DNA of 64,000 nt, from the NCBI GenBank assembly GCA_938021205.1, contig CALIGI010000151.1:2818-66817 (forward strand), written 5' to 3'. The translations under genes and the position numbers were made by a program. Every line of letters starts with the position of its first letter. Position 1 is the stretch's first letter. Shown here one piece after another: positions 1 through 9,220 of the stretch. This stretch comes from an uncultured Pseudanabaenaceae cyanobacterium. Lineage in GTDB: Bacteria > Cyanobacteriota > Cyanobacteriia > PCC-9006 > JAAUQQ01. Below the pieces are notes generated by a model. That model did not search any database. It was not told the origin of the DNA and was given only the letters and a program-made list of their open reading frames with translations.

Positions 1-157
1 GGGTTTGGGCGGGCTGAACCACTTCAGCCATCAAAATGCATTGGTTCATAGCACTAGGTCAGCGGTCAGTTGAATCTATCTAATACAGCTGATCTTACAA
101 CGTGTTTACCCAGCCCAGGGGTAGCTCAAATGGGGATTGCACCACAGAGCTTTGTTC

Positions 158-2782
158 TCAGCGAATTTCTTGGCTCAGGTCAATGAAGGCCTGAATCTTG
201 CTGCGGTAATCCTGGAGGCTGCGGTCTACCCAATCGCGATCGTCGCCGTCAGCATAAATATGCACTAGGGGCTCCCCTGCATCCGGAAGAATCAGCACCC
301 AGCGATCGTTGGGATAGTCAACAATCTTGACCCCGTCAATCAGCTCCACCTGGTCCGGTGGCGTAATTTCGATCAGGTGGCGCATCAAGCGACCCTTGGC
401 ATTCCAAGGGCAGCGCAGGGGATAGCGTCGATGGAAAATGGTGGGCAGTTCTGAACGGATTTGGCCCAGGTTACGCTCCTGAATCGTCAACATCTCCATT
501 AGCTTGGCAATGCAGAACATGGAGTCAAAGCCGGGGTGGAGCTGGGGGAAAATGAAGCCCATGTCCCCGCTGCCCCCCAGAACGACGTTGGGATGGCTGT
601 TGCAGGCTTCCATCAAGGCGGTGGGATTGGCCTTGGTGCGAATGACCTGACCGTCGTGGCGGCGGGCAATCTGCTCAATGGCGCTGGAGGCGTTGACCGG
701 CACAACCACCGTGCCTCGGGGCCTTGCAGTGAGAATGGTGTGCACCATCAATGCGGTCAGCTGTTCGCCTCGGATGGCGACGCCGGATTCATCGACCAGG
801 ATTAACTGCTCACCGTTGGCGGAGACTTGCACGCCGAAGTTAGCTCGCAGGGCTTCCACGACATGGCCCAGTTGTCCCAGCAAGGTCTCCCGCTCGATCT
901 CCGAGAGCACGGTTTGTTGCAAGCTGGCGTTGAGAACCACTGCATCACCGCCAAATTTTGCCAGGAGCAGGGGCAAGACTGCGCCGGAAACGGAATAGGC
1001 GTAGTCAATTACGACCTTGGCGCGGCTACTGGCGATCGCGTTGGTATTCAGGTTCGCTTCAAAGGAAGCAGTGTAGGTATCGATGACCTGGCTGGGGTAA
1101 ATGATGTCCCCAATCTCATGGATCTGCACCCGTCGCAGATCTTCTTTGAAGAAGGCTCCTTCAATCTTTTTTTCACGGCTTTTAGAGAGGTTGATGCCTT
1201 GGGTGTCAAAAAACTCGATCAGTAGATGGTCCGGGCGATCTGGGTGGATGCGCACATGGATGCCACCTTCCACATCCAGCCGAGAGACAAAGGTTCGGGC
1301 GATGGGAATAGCAGTGGATTCAAGATCCTGAATATTGATACCCACGGACATCAGCCCTGCGATGAGCGATCGCAGCAACATACGAGAGATACTGCGCTGA
1401 TCCCGAGAGACCGCGACCTGGGAGCCCGATGCCAGGGTCGAGCCAAAAGCCGCGCCTAACTTAACGGCAAATTCCGGTGTGATATCCACATTGGCCAGAC
1501 CGGACACACCTCGCTGGCTAAAGAGATTGCGATAGGCCGTATGACCCCAAATGAGGTTGATATTGAGCGTTGCCCCAGATTCCACCTGCTTGCTGGGCCA
1601 AATGCGCACATTGGGACTGATCTGCGCTTCCTCTCCCACGGTGGACAGTGACCCGACGACCACCCCTTCCAGTACATGGGCGCGGCGTTCAATATGAGCG
1701 CCCCTGGCCACAATGCAGGCTTCTAGACTGGCTTCTTCTCCCACCCGCACGCCATTCCAAATAATGGGCCGGGACAAATTGGCATCAGCCCCCACGGTGA
1801 CGTTGTCGCCCATAACGGTATGGGCCGAGATCACCACACGGGGACCAATGCGGCAGTTATTGCCAATTAGGACGGGAGCCTCGATCCGGGCGGTGTCATC
1901 AATATAGGTGTCTTTACCCACCCAAACCCCAGCCCGTCGCTGCTCGTAGCCTGCATCGGCCACCATGGCTCCTGAAAGGCAGTCGTACTGGGCCTGACGA
2001 TAGGACTCCAAGTTGCCCACATCGCACCAATAGCCTTCGGAGACATAGCCATAGATGGGCTCTCCTTCCGCTAACAGGCGAGGAAATAGATCGGTTGAAA
2101 AATCACTGGCGCTGCCGGATGGCAGATAATCCAGCACCTTGGGTTCCAGGATGTAGACCCCGGTATTCACCGTGTCGGAGAAGACTTCACTAGTGGAGGG
2201 CTTTTCCAGAAAGCGGTAAATGCGATGGTCACTGTCGGTAATCACCACACCAAATTCTGTGGGGTCCGGGACGCGGGTAAGGATTAGAGTCGCTTGGGAT
2301 TTTTTCTCGCGGTGGAAGGCGATCGCCGCGCTCAAGTCAAAATCTGTCAGGCTATCCCCGCTGATCACCACAAAGGTCTCGGTGAGCAGCTCAGCACAGT
2401 TCTTCACGCAGCCCGCCGTCCCTAGGGGATGCTCATCTTCTACCTCATAGGTAATTTGGACGCCTAAATCCTGACCATTTTGGAAATACTCCTGGAGCAC
2501 CCCCGGTAGAAAATGCAGCGTCGTAATGATCTCGGTAATGTCGTGGCGCTTAAGCAGATCAATGATGTGGTGAGCAATGGGCCGGTTGAGAATCGGCACC
2601 ATCGGCTTGGGCAAGTCATAGGTCAAGGGACGCAAGCGCGTTCCAGACCCTCCTGCCATCAACACTGCACGCATACCGATAGGGTCCTGAAGCGATGGGA
2701 ACCGGGCACGGTCTCCAGTAACCGCCTGTTTCAGCCTAGCGTAGGCATTGGGCACTGGTGGCGGAGAGTATTGGGATGTCAC
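158..2782 (-). CDS. Sugar-phosphate nucleotidyltransferase (mannose-1-P guanylyltransferase-like) fused to a hexapeptide-repeat region and a phosphohexomutase-like C-terminal half
   Basis: 874-aa ORF. The N-terminal motif [14 protein letters not shown]...GTAGC is typical of NDP-sugar pyrophosphorylases. A left-handed beta-helix-like region lies in the middle. The C-terminal ~450 aa align with PGM/PMM-type mutases. The start may be M37. Confidence 0.8.
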   Translation of the reverse strand: MTSQYSPPPVPNAYARLKQAVTGDRARFPSLQDPIGMRAVLMAGGSGTRLRPLTYDLPKPMVPILNRPIAHHIIDLLKRHDITEIITTLHFLPGVLQEYFQNGQDLGVQITYEVEDEHPLGTAGCVKNCAELLTETFVVISGDSLTDFDLSAAIAFHREKKSQATLILTRVPDPTEFGVVITDSDHRIYRFLEKPSTSEVFSDTVNTGVYILEPKVLDYLPSGSASDFSTDLFPRLLAEGEPIYGYVSEGYWCDVGNLESYRQAQYDCLSGAMVADAGYEQRRAGVWVGKDTYIDDTARIEAPVLIGNNCRIGPRVVISAHTVMGDNVTVGADANLSRPIIWNGVRVGEEASLEACIVARGAHIERRAHVLEGVVVGSLSTVGEEAQISPNVRIWPSKQVESGATLNINLIWGHTAYRNLFSQRGVSGLANVDITPEFAVKLGAAFGSTLASGSQVAVSRDQRSISRMLLRSLIAGLMSVGINIQDLESTAIPIARTFVSRLDVEGGIHVRIHPDRPDHLLIEFFDTQGINLSKSREKKIEGAFFKEDLRRVQIHEIGDIIYPSQVIDTYTASFEANLNTNAIASSRAKVVIDYAYSVSGAVLPLLLAKFGGDAVVLNASLQQTVLSEIERETLLGQLGHVVEALRANFGVQVSANGEQLILVDESGVAIRGEQLTALMVHTILTARPRGTVVVPVNASSAIEQIARRHDGQVIRTKANPTALMEACNSHPNVVLGGSGDMGFIFPQLHPGFDSMFCIAKLMEMLTIQERNLGQIRSELPTIFHRRYPLRCPWNAKGRLMRHLIEITPPDQVELIDGVKIVDYPNDRWVLILPDAGEPLVHIYADGDDRDWVDRSLQDYRSKIQAFIDLSQEIR

Positions 2783-3048
2783 GTAGCTGTTACAACTCTC
2801 TAGAGACCGCGTACAAATCGTAAAATTAAAACTGCAAAAGCCGAGGCATATCTGGTTAAGCTGCGAGCAACGGATTCTAGTTGAGTCACCTTCTGCTTGA
2901 GCCGCCTGATGTCTATGGCAATTTCAGGGATAAATCTAGTCACTCTGGCAGGATCAACGCTAGGCGCTAGGATATAGCCGCAGCATCCTTGCGAGCCGTC
3001 GCAATCGCAGTGGGTTACGCCAGACCGTTTAGTCACGACAGAAAAATT

Positions 3049-3231
3049 ATGGAATACATCGTCTTATTTATTGTTGTAGGCGTCTACCTCTGGGGCGCAT
3101 CGAAGTTTTGGGCAGGCTTCCGCCGGACAAACTTCACTAGCAACCGACTGATCCTCACCGCGATGTGGCCTGCTTTGCTCATTGCCAATCGCGCTTACCG
3201 TCAAAACTTCCAAAAAGCCTTAAAGGGTTGA
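3049..3231 (+). CDS. Small two-helix membrane protein (hypothetical)
   Basis: The internal ATG of the 80-aa ORF gives MEYIVLFIVVGVYLWG...ILTAMWPALLIA. The ORF ends 7 nt before the methyltransferase start, so the two are probably co-transcribed. Confidence 0.4.
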   Translation: MEYIVLFIVVGVYLWGASKFWAGFRRTNFTSNRLILTAMWPALLIANRAYRQNFQKALKG

Positions 3232-3237
3232 ACCGTT

Positions 3238-3945
3238 ATGACTGCCTGGAATTTGCCCGATGGATTCAGCGAAGCCGATCGCCTGCCCGAACAGCTCTCG
3301 GCAGTAGCCCAGCGTTTTAACCAGGAGTACGAGGGGAAGCCCTTTGATTTGCCTGAGGAAGTGGAAGCCATGCCGGTATTCCAAGACTGGGCTGCGGGTT
3401 CCTTGCAGGCCAAGGTTGCTTCAACCTTTTGGGATGTGGCCCAGCCTAAGAAAAATCAGCATTGCCTGGATCTGGGCTGCGGTCTCAGTTTCTTGGTTTA
3501 CCCCTGGCGGGATTGGAATGCTCGGTTCTATGGTCAGGACATCAGCAGTATGGCGGTTGATGCGCTGAAGGCTCGGGGACCGCAGCTCAACTCCAAATTA
3601 TTTAATGGCATTAAAAAAGGCCCCGCCCATCTGCTGGACTATGAAGATGTCCAATTTGATCTAGTGATTGCCACGGGGGTGAGCTGCTACTACTCCTTGG
3701 ACTATTGGAAGAGTGTGATGACGGCGGTGAAGCCGTTGCTTAAGCCTGATGGATTCTTTGTTTTTGATGTGATCGATCCCGATGCTCCCCTGGCGGAGAA
3801 TTGGCAAATTCTGGAAACCTATATGGGAGCTGAGGTAATTGATCATCCTCTGTCTGATTGGGATGCACTGATCAAGACCATGGGGGGACGTACGGTGAAG
3901 CAGCGGAGTAATGATCTGTTTAGGCTGTTTAAGGTGAAGTTTTAG
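3238..3945 (+). CDS. Class I SAM-dependent methyltransferase
   Basis: 235-aa ORF with motif I 'CLDLGCGLSF' and the post-I/II spacing typical of the Rossmann-fold MTases. Confidence 0.75.
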   Translation: MTAWNLPDGFSEADRLPEQLSAVAQRFNQEYEGKPFDLPEEVEAMPVFQDWAAGSLQAKVASTFWDVAQPKKNQHCLDLGCGLSFLVYPWRDWNARFYGQDISSMAVDALKARGPQLNSKLFNGIKKGPAHLLDYEDVQFDLVIATGVSCYYSLDYWKSVMTAVKPLLKPDGFFVFDVIDPDAPLAENWQILETYMGAEVIDHPLSDWDALIKTMGGRTVKQRSNDLFRLFKVKF

Positions 3946-3988
3946 GGGTCGGCTGAGGCGGGTCTGGTGGGCTGAGGCGGGGCTACGC

Positions 3989-4804
3989 ATGACAGCACAA
4001 ATCTGGTTGATTGGGGGGACGCAGGAAAGCGCTGTCTTGGCGATCGCCTTAGCCCAAGCCGCAATTCCCTTTGTGGTGACCGTTACGACGGATGCTGCGA
4101 AAGCGATGTATGGAAAAGCTTTGGAACAGTTTTCCCAGGCTAAAATCCATGTGGGTCCCATTCCCTTAGACAGCATGGCCACTTGGCTGAACCGCCAAAG
4201 TATTGCTGGCGTGATTGATGCCAGCCATCCCTTTGCCACAGCGGTCTCTGCGGGGGCGATCGCTGCCACTATCCAAACTCAACTGCCCTACCTCCGCTTC
4301 GAACGCTCTGTTGTACAGTCATCTGTTTCGAGCGAAGCAGAACATGTCACCTGTTCAGCTTCGAACGTCACCCTAGTCCCTCAGCTCGAGACATTGCTCA
4401 CACCTGGGCAGCTAGTAGGCCAACGAGTCCTGTTAGTTCTGGGTTATCGAATGCTGCACCACTTCCAGCCCTGGCAGGAGCAAGGTACCCTCTTTGCTCG
4501 CATTCTGCCCTCTCAAACGGCCTTGGAAGCTGCATTCCAAGCGGGCTTTACGAGCGATCGCCTCATCGCCCTACGTCCCCCCATTTCTCCTGACCTGGAG
4601 CGTTCCCTCTGGCAGCAATGGGGGATTACAAAAGTCATTGCCAAATGCTCAGGGAAAGCTGGCGGTGAAAACACCAAGCGGGCGATCGCCGCAACGCTAG
4701 GCATCCCGCTCTGCTTGATTCAGCGTCCCACCCTGGATTATCCGGCCCAGACCCACGATGTAGCGGAGGCGATCGCCTTCGCCCAACAGTTGCTGTGGCC
4801 TTAA
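3989..4804 (+). CDS. cobK: Precorrin-6A / cobalt-precorrin-6A reductase
   Basis: 271 aa. Contains 'IWLIGGTQES', 'VIDASHPFA' and 'KCSGKAGGENTKRAIAATLGIPLCLIQRP', which match the CobK/CbiJ family pattern. Confidence 0.85.
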   Translation: MTAQIWLIGGTQESAVLAIALAQAAIPFVVTVTTDAAKAMYGKALEQFSQAKIHVGPIPLDSMATWLNRQSIAGVIDASHPFATAVSAGAIAATIQTQLPYLRFERSVVQSSVSSEAEHVTCSASNVTLVPQLETLLTPGQLVGQRVLLVLGYRMLHHFQPWQEQGTLFARILPSQTALEAAFQAGFTSDRLIALRPPISPDLERSLWQQWGITKVIAKCSGKAGGENTKRAIAATLGIPLCLIQRPTLDYPAQTHDVAEAIAFAQQLLWP

Positions 4805-4936
4805 GAAGTTGGTTGAGAAAGGCATCTCGTTGTAGTAGGGTACTCCATCGATCTACCCAAATTAACGAGATTACGACGTTTCATTGCTGGTCAAGGTCTC
4901 AAGTTTGGTGCTTGGCCAAATTCTCAAACAACCTCT
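4804..4936. mobile_element. 133-bp MITE-like element, copy 1 (14-bp terminal inverted repeats)
   Basis: The left end AGAAGTTGGTTGAG (4804-4817) is the near reverse complement (12/14) of the right end CTCAAACAACCTCT (4923-4936). The interior is about 80-85% identical by eye to copy 2 at 59219-59351. No coding frame is shared between the copies. Confidence 0.55.
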
Positions 4937-4982
4937 ATGCAGGATATGCCTCAGGCGCTAATCATGTTTGGTGCTTTTCTGC

Positions 4983-5228
4983 TTACTTGGGTCGACGAGG
5001 CACTAATAACCAGGACCCCAGGGTGAACAGCAAACTCCCGCCTAAATGCAACCCGGAGGAAAGCGTGACCTCTGCTAAATTTTCTAAGATTGCGTCCACA
5101 ACTAAGACAAGTGACCCAGTCAAAAAGAACCAACTGGCCCAGGTGGCATGATTCAAAGACACCTTGGGCTTGGTCCCTGTAACCTGCTCTTTGCCCGATG
5201 GGGAGTTCGTGTTTTTTTTCTTTGGCAT
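4983..5228 (-). CDS. Small membrane protein, YrhK-like (two GS-containing helices)
   Basis: This frame of the 101-aa ORF gives MPKKKNTNSPSGKEQ... followed by two hydrophobic helices, 'WFFLTGSLVLVV' and 'HLGGSLLFTLGSWLLV'. The start is uncertain (5228, 5240 or 5288). Competing ORFs in other frames lack any recognisable features. Confidence 0.45.
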   Translation of the reverse strand: MPKKKNTNSPSGKEQVTGTKPKVSLNHATWASWFFLTGSLVLVVDAILENLAEVTLSSGLHLGGSLLFTLGSWLLVPRRPK

Positions 5229-5277
5229 AGAAGACTCCATAGCCGCGATCGCAACAACAAAAGTCCATTTCTCGACC

Positions 5278-5688
5278 ATGGCCATCACATCCCTAGATCA
5301 TCTCGTTCTCACCGTGACAGATATTCCCCGAACCCTGGCCTTTTACCAGGAAGTTTTGGGCCTGGAAGCCCAAGCCTTTTCCACCGTGACTGGAGAACAG
5401 CGTTGGGCAATTCATTTTGGCCAGTGCAAAATCAACTTGCACCCCGCAGGCCAGGAGTTTGAGCCCAAGGCCCAGCGACCCACGCCCGGTTCTGCGGATC
5501 TATGCTTACTCAGCAACAGTCCCGTGAGCCAGCTCGTAGCGCAACTGAGTCAAGCTCAGATTCAGATCCTGGAAGGGCCGGTCACACGCACGGGTGCAAC
5601 TGGCCCCATCTGCTCCATCTATTTTCATGACCCCGATGGCAATCTCATCGAAGTCTCAAACCCACTTGAGCTGCAAGTAAATCTCTAA
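5278..5688 (+). CDS. VOC (glyoxalase/bleomycin-resistance/dioxygenase) family protein
   Basis: From the internal ATG the protein reads MAITSLDHLVLTVTDIPRTLAFYQEVLGL...DPDGNLIEVS, a typical VOC fold signature. The upstream part of the 174-aa ORF looks non-coding. Confidence 0.8.
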   Translation: MAITSLDHLVLTVTDIPRTLAFYQEVLGLEAQAFSTVTGEQRWAIHFGQCKINLHPAGQEFEPKAQRPTPGSADLCLLSNSPVSQLVAQLSQAQIQILEGPVTRTGATGPICSIYFHDPDGNLIEVSNPLELQVNL

Positions 5689-5758
5689 ACTTTTAACTCA
5701 AAAGCCAAAAAGACTAATACCCATGACCGCAGTGATGACCACTGGTTTTGGATAGAAT

Positions 5759-5992
5759 CTAGAGACCAATCCAGGACCAGAAATCCTGGCGAGTAAAAAG
5801 CTGGGTAATGAGCAATGCAGCAAAACCAAGCATGGCAAAACGACCATTGAGGCGCTCCGCATAGTCATTCCAGCCAAAGGAAGGGGCATCGGCTGAACTG
5901 TCTTCGGTTTCAGCCACTTCAGCTGAGTCAGGCAATAGGTCAGCACTTGGCTTTTCGCCTTGAACAGTCGCTTCGGAAGGTTGGGTCGTCAT
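5759..5992 (-). CDS. High-light-inducible protein (CAB/ELIP/HLIP family)
   Basis: The C-terminal 'AERLNGRFAMLGFAALLITQL' is the chlorophyll-binding helix motif ExxNGRxAMxGF. The start is either 5992 or 6067. Confidence 0.8.
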   Translation of the reverse strand: MTTQPSEATVQGEKPSADLLPDSAEVAETEDSSADAPSFGWNDYAERLNGRFAMLGFAALLITQLFTRQDFWSWIGL

Positions 5993-6567
5993 GGAGTAGG
6001 GCTTATCAAAATCTGGTGTTGAGTGTATCGCGTTTCCCTTGGCCATTGTCGATTTTAGGAATGCCACCTTTTCCCACCACTATCGTCGATCAGAATCATC
6101 AGTAGAATTCTGCGCTTTTTTTTATGGTTTACATTGTTTTCTTAAGGTCTACAACAAAGCACCTGAAAGGCCAGAGGCCAGATGACAGAGAAAAACACAG
6201 CGCCCCAGAACAGCCTCCTCTAATCTCCAGGGCAAGTGGCTCTAATGGGTCTAGTCTGCGAAGGATGAGCAGATGAACAGCTTTTCGAGGGTTTAAGCTC
6301 TGCAATTAGGCTGGCAATGCTCACAGCGAACATTTGCATATTGCTCCTCGGAGAGACAGGCAAGTTCACCTAAATATGAATTTGGGAATTCTAGCAATAA
6401 GCCTTCGCGAGAGAGGCAAAGACTTGCGGACTGAGTCACACCGCAAGCCCTTGTGATGCAGCTACATGTAGACGATTGTATCGATTCTTCCCATGCCTGT
6501 ATCAGCATCGCTCGGTGGATTTTTGCAACCTAGGACAACTCATCCAAGGCTTAGTCCGCATTGGCTC

Positions 6568-8652
6568 ATGCAGGGAGTCTCTGCATTGTTGGGGTTGGGG
6601 ACAATCTTTTTAGGCACATCGGCCAGCCTCGCTGACATCATTGAAGATGGCTCTACACCCAGCCGCGTTATAAACTCGAGTTGCTTAGGATTTATTGGCT
6701 GCACCATTATCGGAGGTCATCAGCAGGGTAATCATCTCTTTCACAGTTTTAGTGAATTCATCATTCCTCCCGATGGTGATGCACTTCTAATCCCCCCTTT
6801 TATCCCGGAGAAAATCTTCATTCGGGTTGTAGGACCTGCAACTGAAATACACGGGAGCTTCAGAGTTCCAAATATAGGCATTCCGACGGACATCATATTT
6901 CTCAGTCCCCAAGGAATTAGGATCAGCGAAAATGCTCAGCTAGCCTATCCAGGCAACTTTTTATTTAGCACCGCAGAACGCTTAGACTTTGCGAATGGTG
7001 CAATCTTTGATGCAACGGACAGTAGCATTCCACTGCTCGATATTTCCGGACTCGATAATTTACCCCAAGCTCTACAGCTAGGCAACTCCTCAGGAGTGAT
7101 CACGCTCAATAGTTCAATAGGTCTTGAGAATATTAAACTCCCTCAAACCCAGCATCAATTCTCCGTGATCGGTGGAGAAATTAATTTTAATGCTGTTGAG
7201 CTTTCTACAGTAGGTGAGCTTCATCTTTCATCAGTCGGTCAAAATCAAACCGTCGGTTTAGATTTTTTAGAATCTGGTATTGATTTTGACTACAGCATGG
7301 TTTCAAGCTTTGAAGATATTTCCCTCAATAACGCTAGGCTTTCCACAAGCTCATTGGCCAACTCGAATGGCGATGCAGGTAATATCGAGCTTGAGGCACG
7401 AAATCTAACATTAAATAATGCGAGTGAAATTCTTGCTGAAACAGCGAGTAGTCAAGGCAATATTACAGTCGAGCTAAGGGGAGACTTATTCGTCATTGGA
7501 GATGCTTCAAAAAGGAGCCAAATCATGACTCAAATCGCGGATACAACGGGAGCCGCAGGGAACATCTCTATTTCTGCTAATGACATATTTTTTGAAAGAG
7601 GCTTACTCTCTAGCTCAACCGATCAGCCTGGTGGTGCAATTGAGATCAATGCAGCCAATACGATTCAACTGAATCAAAGCGAAATCAGGCTGAGCTCCAA
7701 GACTGGAACGGGCCACACCGGCAACCTCAACTTAACGGCCCAGTCAGCCGTGACACCCATCGGAATTTCGCTCACCGAGACGGATGTCCTCAGTGAAGCG
7801 ACCAATACAGGCGGTGATGTACGCTTCTCCACACCGGGAGAAGTTGAACTGCGGGATGGTAGTTTTATTTCGATTGATTCATCCGGCACCGATGGCAACT
7901 TTACGGTTACAGCCAGTGCTTTCCGGAGCAGTGGCATCGCTGATGACAATGACGTCCAGCTAAATCAAGGGACCTTGGGGCAGCTCTCGCTGCCTGCGGA
8001 TGTAACAGGCTTTGACGTTCTAGCCAGTCAAATAATTCGCTCCAATGGAAATAGTGAACTGTTACCCAACCCCTTTCCAGTACCAGTCGCACCCAGCCCA
8101 CCCGTACTTCCAAGTCCTATCCTCCCAGTTATTCCTTCGCCGCCGATTGATCCAATCGTGGAACCTTTGGAGACCCCAGCGAACCCAGTCATTCCGTCCC
8201 AGGCTGAAGACAATGATCTGCCAACTTCTTTAGCCTTGACCTATCCCCAGAGCAATGGAGAAAACTTACAAACTATAGAAAGCCTCTTGTCGTTCTATGG
8301 CTCTGCCTCCTTAGTCGGGGGCGAGCCGCCCTGGAGCTGTTCCGTAGCAGCAGGCAGCAGTTATTGGAAGATCAGTGGGCGTGGTGGCATTAGCAGCCCC
8401 CCGAGTAGTCTCAATGGCAACAGTGCCCCCCTCGCGGATTTGGGATCACGAGAGGAAAGTCTGGTGTCTGCCCGCACGAGTTATGTGCCTAGGCTGGTTG
8501 CTCCATTATCTGCCCGATCTGTTGCTCCAAGCCAAAACTGGCGCGAGGCTCGGAGTTGGAAGCAAGCTCATCAGGGGAAAATTGAGCTTAGAGCCGAATC
8601 AGACTTAGTCCTGACTCACGCTAAAACAGATCATTGTCAATCCCTTCAGTAG
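6568..8652 (+). CDS. Filamentous-haemagglutinin N-terminal (TPS) domain exoprotein 1
   Basis: A signal-like segment MQGVSALLGLGTIFLGTSASLA is followed by 'GGHQQGNHLFHSFSEF...IRVVG...IFLSPQGI...FSTAE' (TPS domain). Then come beta-helix-like repeats, a Pro-rich linker, and a C-terminal GRGG module. The ORF opens at 6493. Confidence 0.8.
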   Translation: MQGVSALLGLGTIFLGTSASLADIIEDGSTPSRVINSSCLGFIGCTIIGGHQQGNHLFHSFSEFIIPPDGDALLIPPFIPEKIFIRVVGPATEIHGSFRVPNIGIPTDIIFLSPQGIRISENAQLAYPGNFLFSTAERLDFANGAIFDATDSSIPLLDISGLDNLPQALQLGNSSGVITLNSSIGLENIKLPQTQHQFSVIGGEINFNAVELSTVGELHLSSVGQNQTVGLDFLESGIDFDYSMVSSFEDISLNNARLSTSSLANSNGDAGNIELEARNLTLNNASEILAETASSQGNITVELRGDLFVIGDASKRSQIMTQIADTTGAAGNISISANDIFFERGLLSSSTDQPGGAIEINAANTIQLNQSEIRLSSKTGTGHTGNLNLTAQSAVTPIGISLTETDVLSEATNTGGDVRFSTPGEVELRDGSFISIDSSGTDGNFTVTASAFRSSGIADDNDVQLNQGTLGQLSLPADVTGFDVLASQIIRSNGNSELLPNPFPVPVAPSPPVLPSPILPVIPSPPIDPIVEPLETPANPVIPSQAEDNDLPTSLALTYPQSNGENLQTIESLLSFYGSASLVGGEPPWSCSVAAGSSYWKISGRGGISSPPSSLNGNSAPLADLGSREESLVSARTSYVPRLVAPLSARSVAPSQNWREARSWKQAHQGKIELRAESDLVLTHAKTDHCQSLQ

Positions 8653-8727
8653 ATTTTATTGAGCAAGCCCATTCTCTTAAGGGACTTCCTATTTTTAAAT
8701 CACCCTGAAATCTTGCCATTTATAACC

Positions 8728-8884
8728 TGAGTTCGGCAGCCGACAAATCGACCTCATCCCCTAACCCCTTCTCCCTTAGAAGAAGGGGAACCGAACGCCA
8801 GCAGTCTGTTTCAGAGCTTTTCATGTTCCCCTCTCCCCAGGGAGAGGGGCTAGGGGTGAGGGCAGCGTCGCTTTGTCGAACTCA
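8728..8884. repeat. Nested palindromic MITE-like intergenic element
   Basis: The outer arms are TGAGTTCG..CGACAAATCGAC..CTCATCCCCTAACCCC and GGGGCTAGGGGTGAGG..GTCGCTTTGTCGAACTCA. There are two inner hairpins (CCCCTTCT/AGAAGGGG and CCCCTCTCC/GGAGAGGGG). It shares AGGGGCTAGGGG with the hairpin cluster near 23.95 kb. Confidence 0.55.
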
Positions 8885-9220
8885 TCAAACATGGCTAAAC
8901 AGTGCAAGGTTCAGAGGCTGAAAGAGGATGATTAAATCCTGGGAGGTCCCTAACTTGCTTAAATTTTTATCGGCTCAACTCGCTTTTATGCAATAGATGT
9001 CATCAGCGTAAACTCTAGGAAAAACAAACATTATTGACTTGAAAAATACTTAGTCGAAAAAGGGTAATCTTGCAATTTTCACATTCAACTTTATCTATAT
9101 CTGTAACTGTTTTTCATTCCTGAGAGCTGGGCAAGATGAACATGTGTGAGTGACTCAGTTGTAATGTAACTGCCACTAGGTCGTTATTTCTGGAGGCCCA
9201 GCAGCCTTTCTGTCATCGAT

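Noticed and set aside
1-49. Possible - strand gene start (MNQCILMAEVVQPAQT..) running off the left edge.
   Set aside because: Only 16 codons are visible and there is no motif.
118-157. tRNA-like D-arm string GGGGTAGCTCAAATGGGG.
   Set aside because: It is not followed by the matching AGAGC/anticodon/T-arm (GTTCRANYC) architecture, and no cloverleaf can be drawn.
536-2803. Many 60-150-aa ORFs antisense to or out of frame with large genes. Examples are 536-805, 827-1225 and 2513-2803, and similar sets lie inside fni, metH, the SNF2 helicase, the CHAT gene and others.
   Set aside because: They are fully nested in long ORFs with clear family motifs. Their translations are Arg/Pro/Gly-rich, low-complexity shadows, as expected from GC-rich coding DNA.
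2800-3036. 78-aa ORF directly upstream of the nucleotidyltransferase gene on the same strand (N-terminal CDCDGSQGCCG, hydrophobic C-terminus).
   Set aside because: No family was recognised. It could be a leader or upstream ORF, or it could be noise in the promoter region. The evidence is insufficient.
4795-5151. 118-aa + strand ORF after cobK, and the 81-aa - strand ORF at 59072-59317.
   Set aside because: Both are largely made of the 133-bp TIR element. The two element copies do not share an open frame, so these ORFs are artefacts of the repeat.
6293-6508. 71-aa Cys-rich ORF (7 Cys, ends ..CEHCQPNCRA) divergent from, and overlapping, the opening of the first TPS ORF.
   Set aside because: It has no recognisable motif and no evidence of a ribosome-binding site or conservation. 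It overlaps the extended TPS ORF. It might be real if the TPS gene starts at 6568, but I cannot support it.
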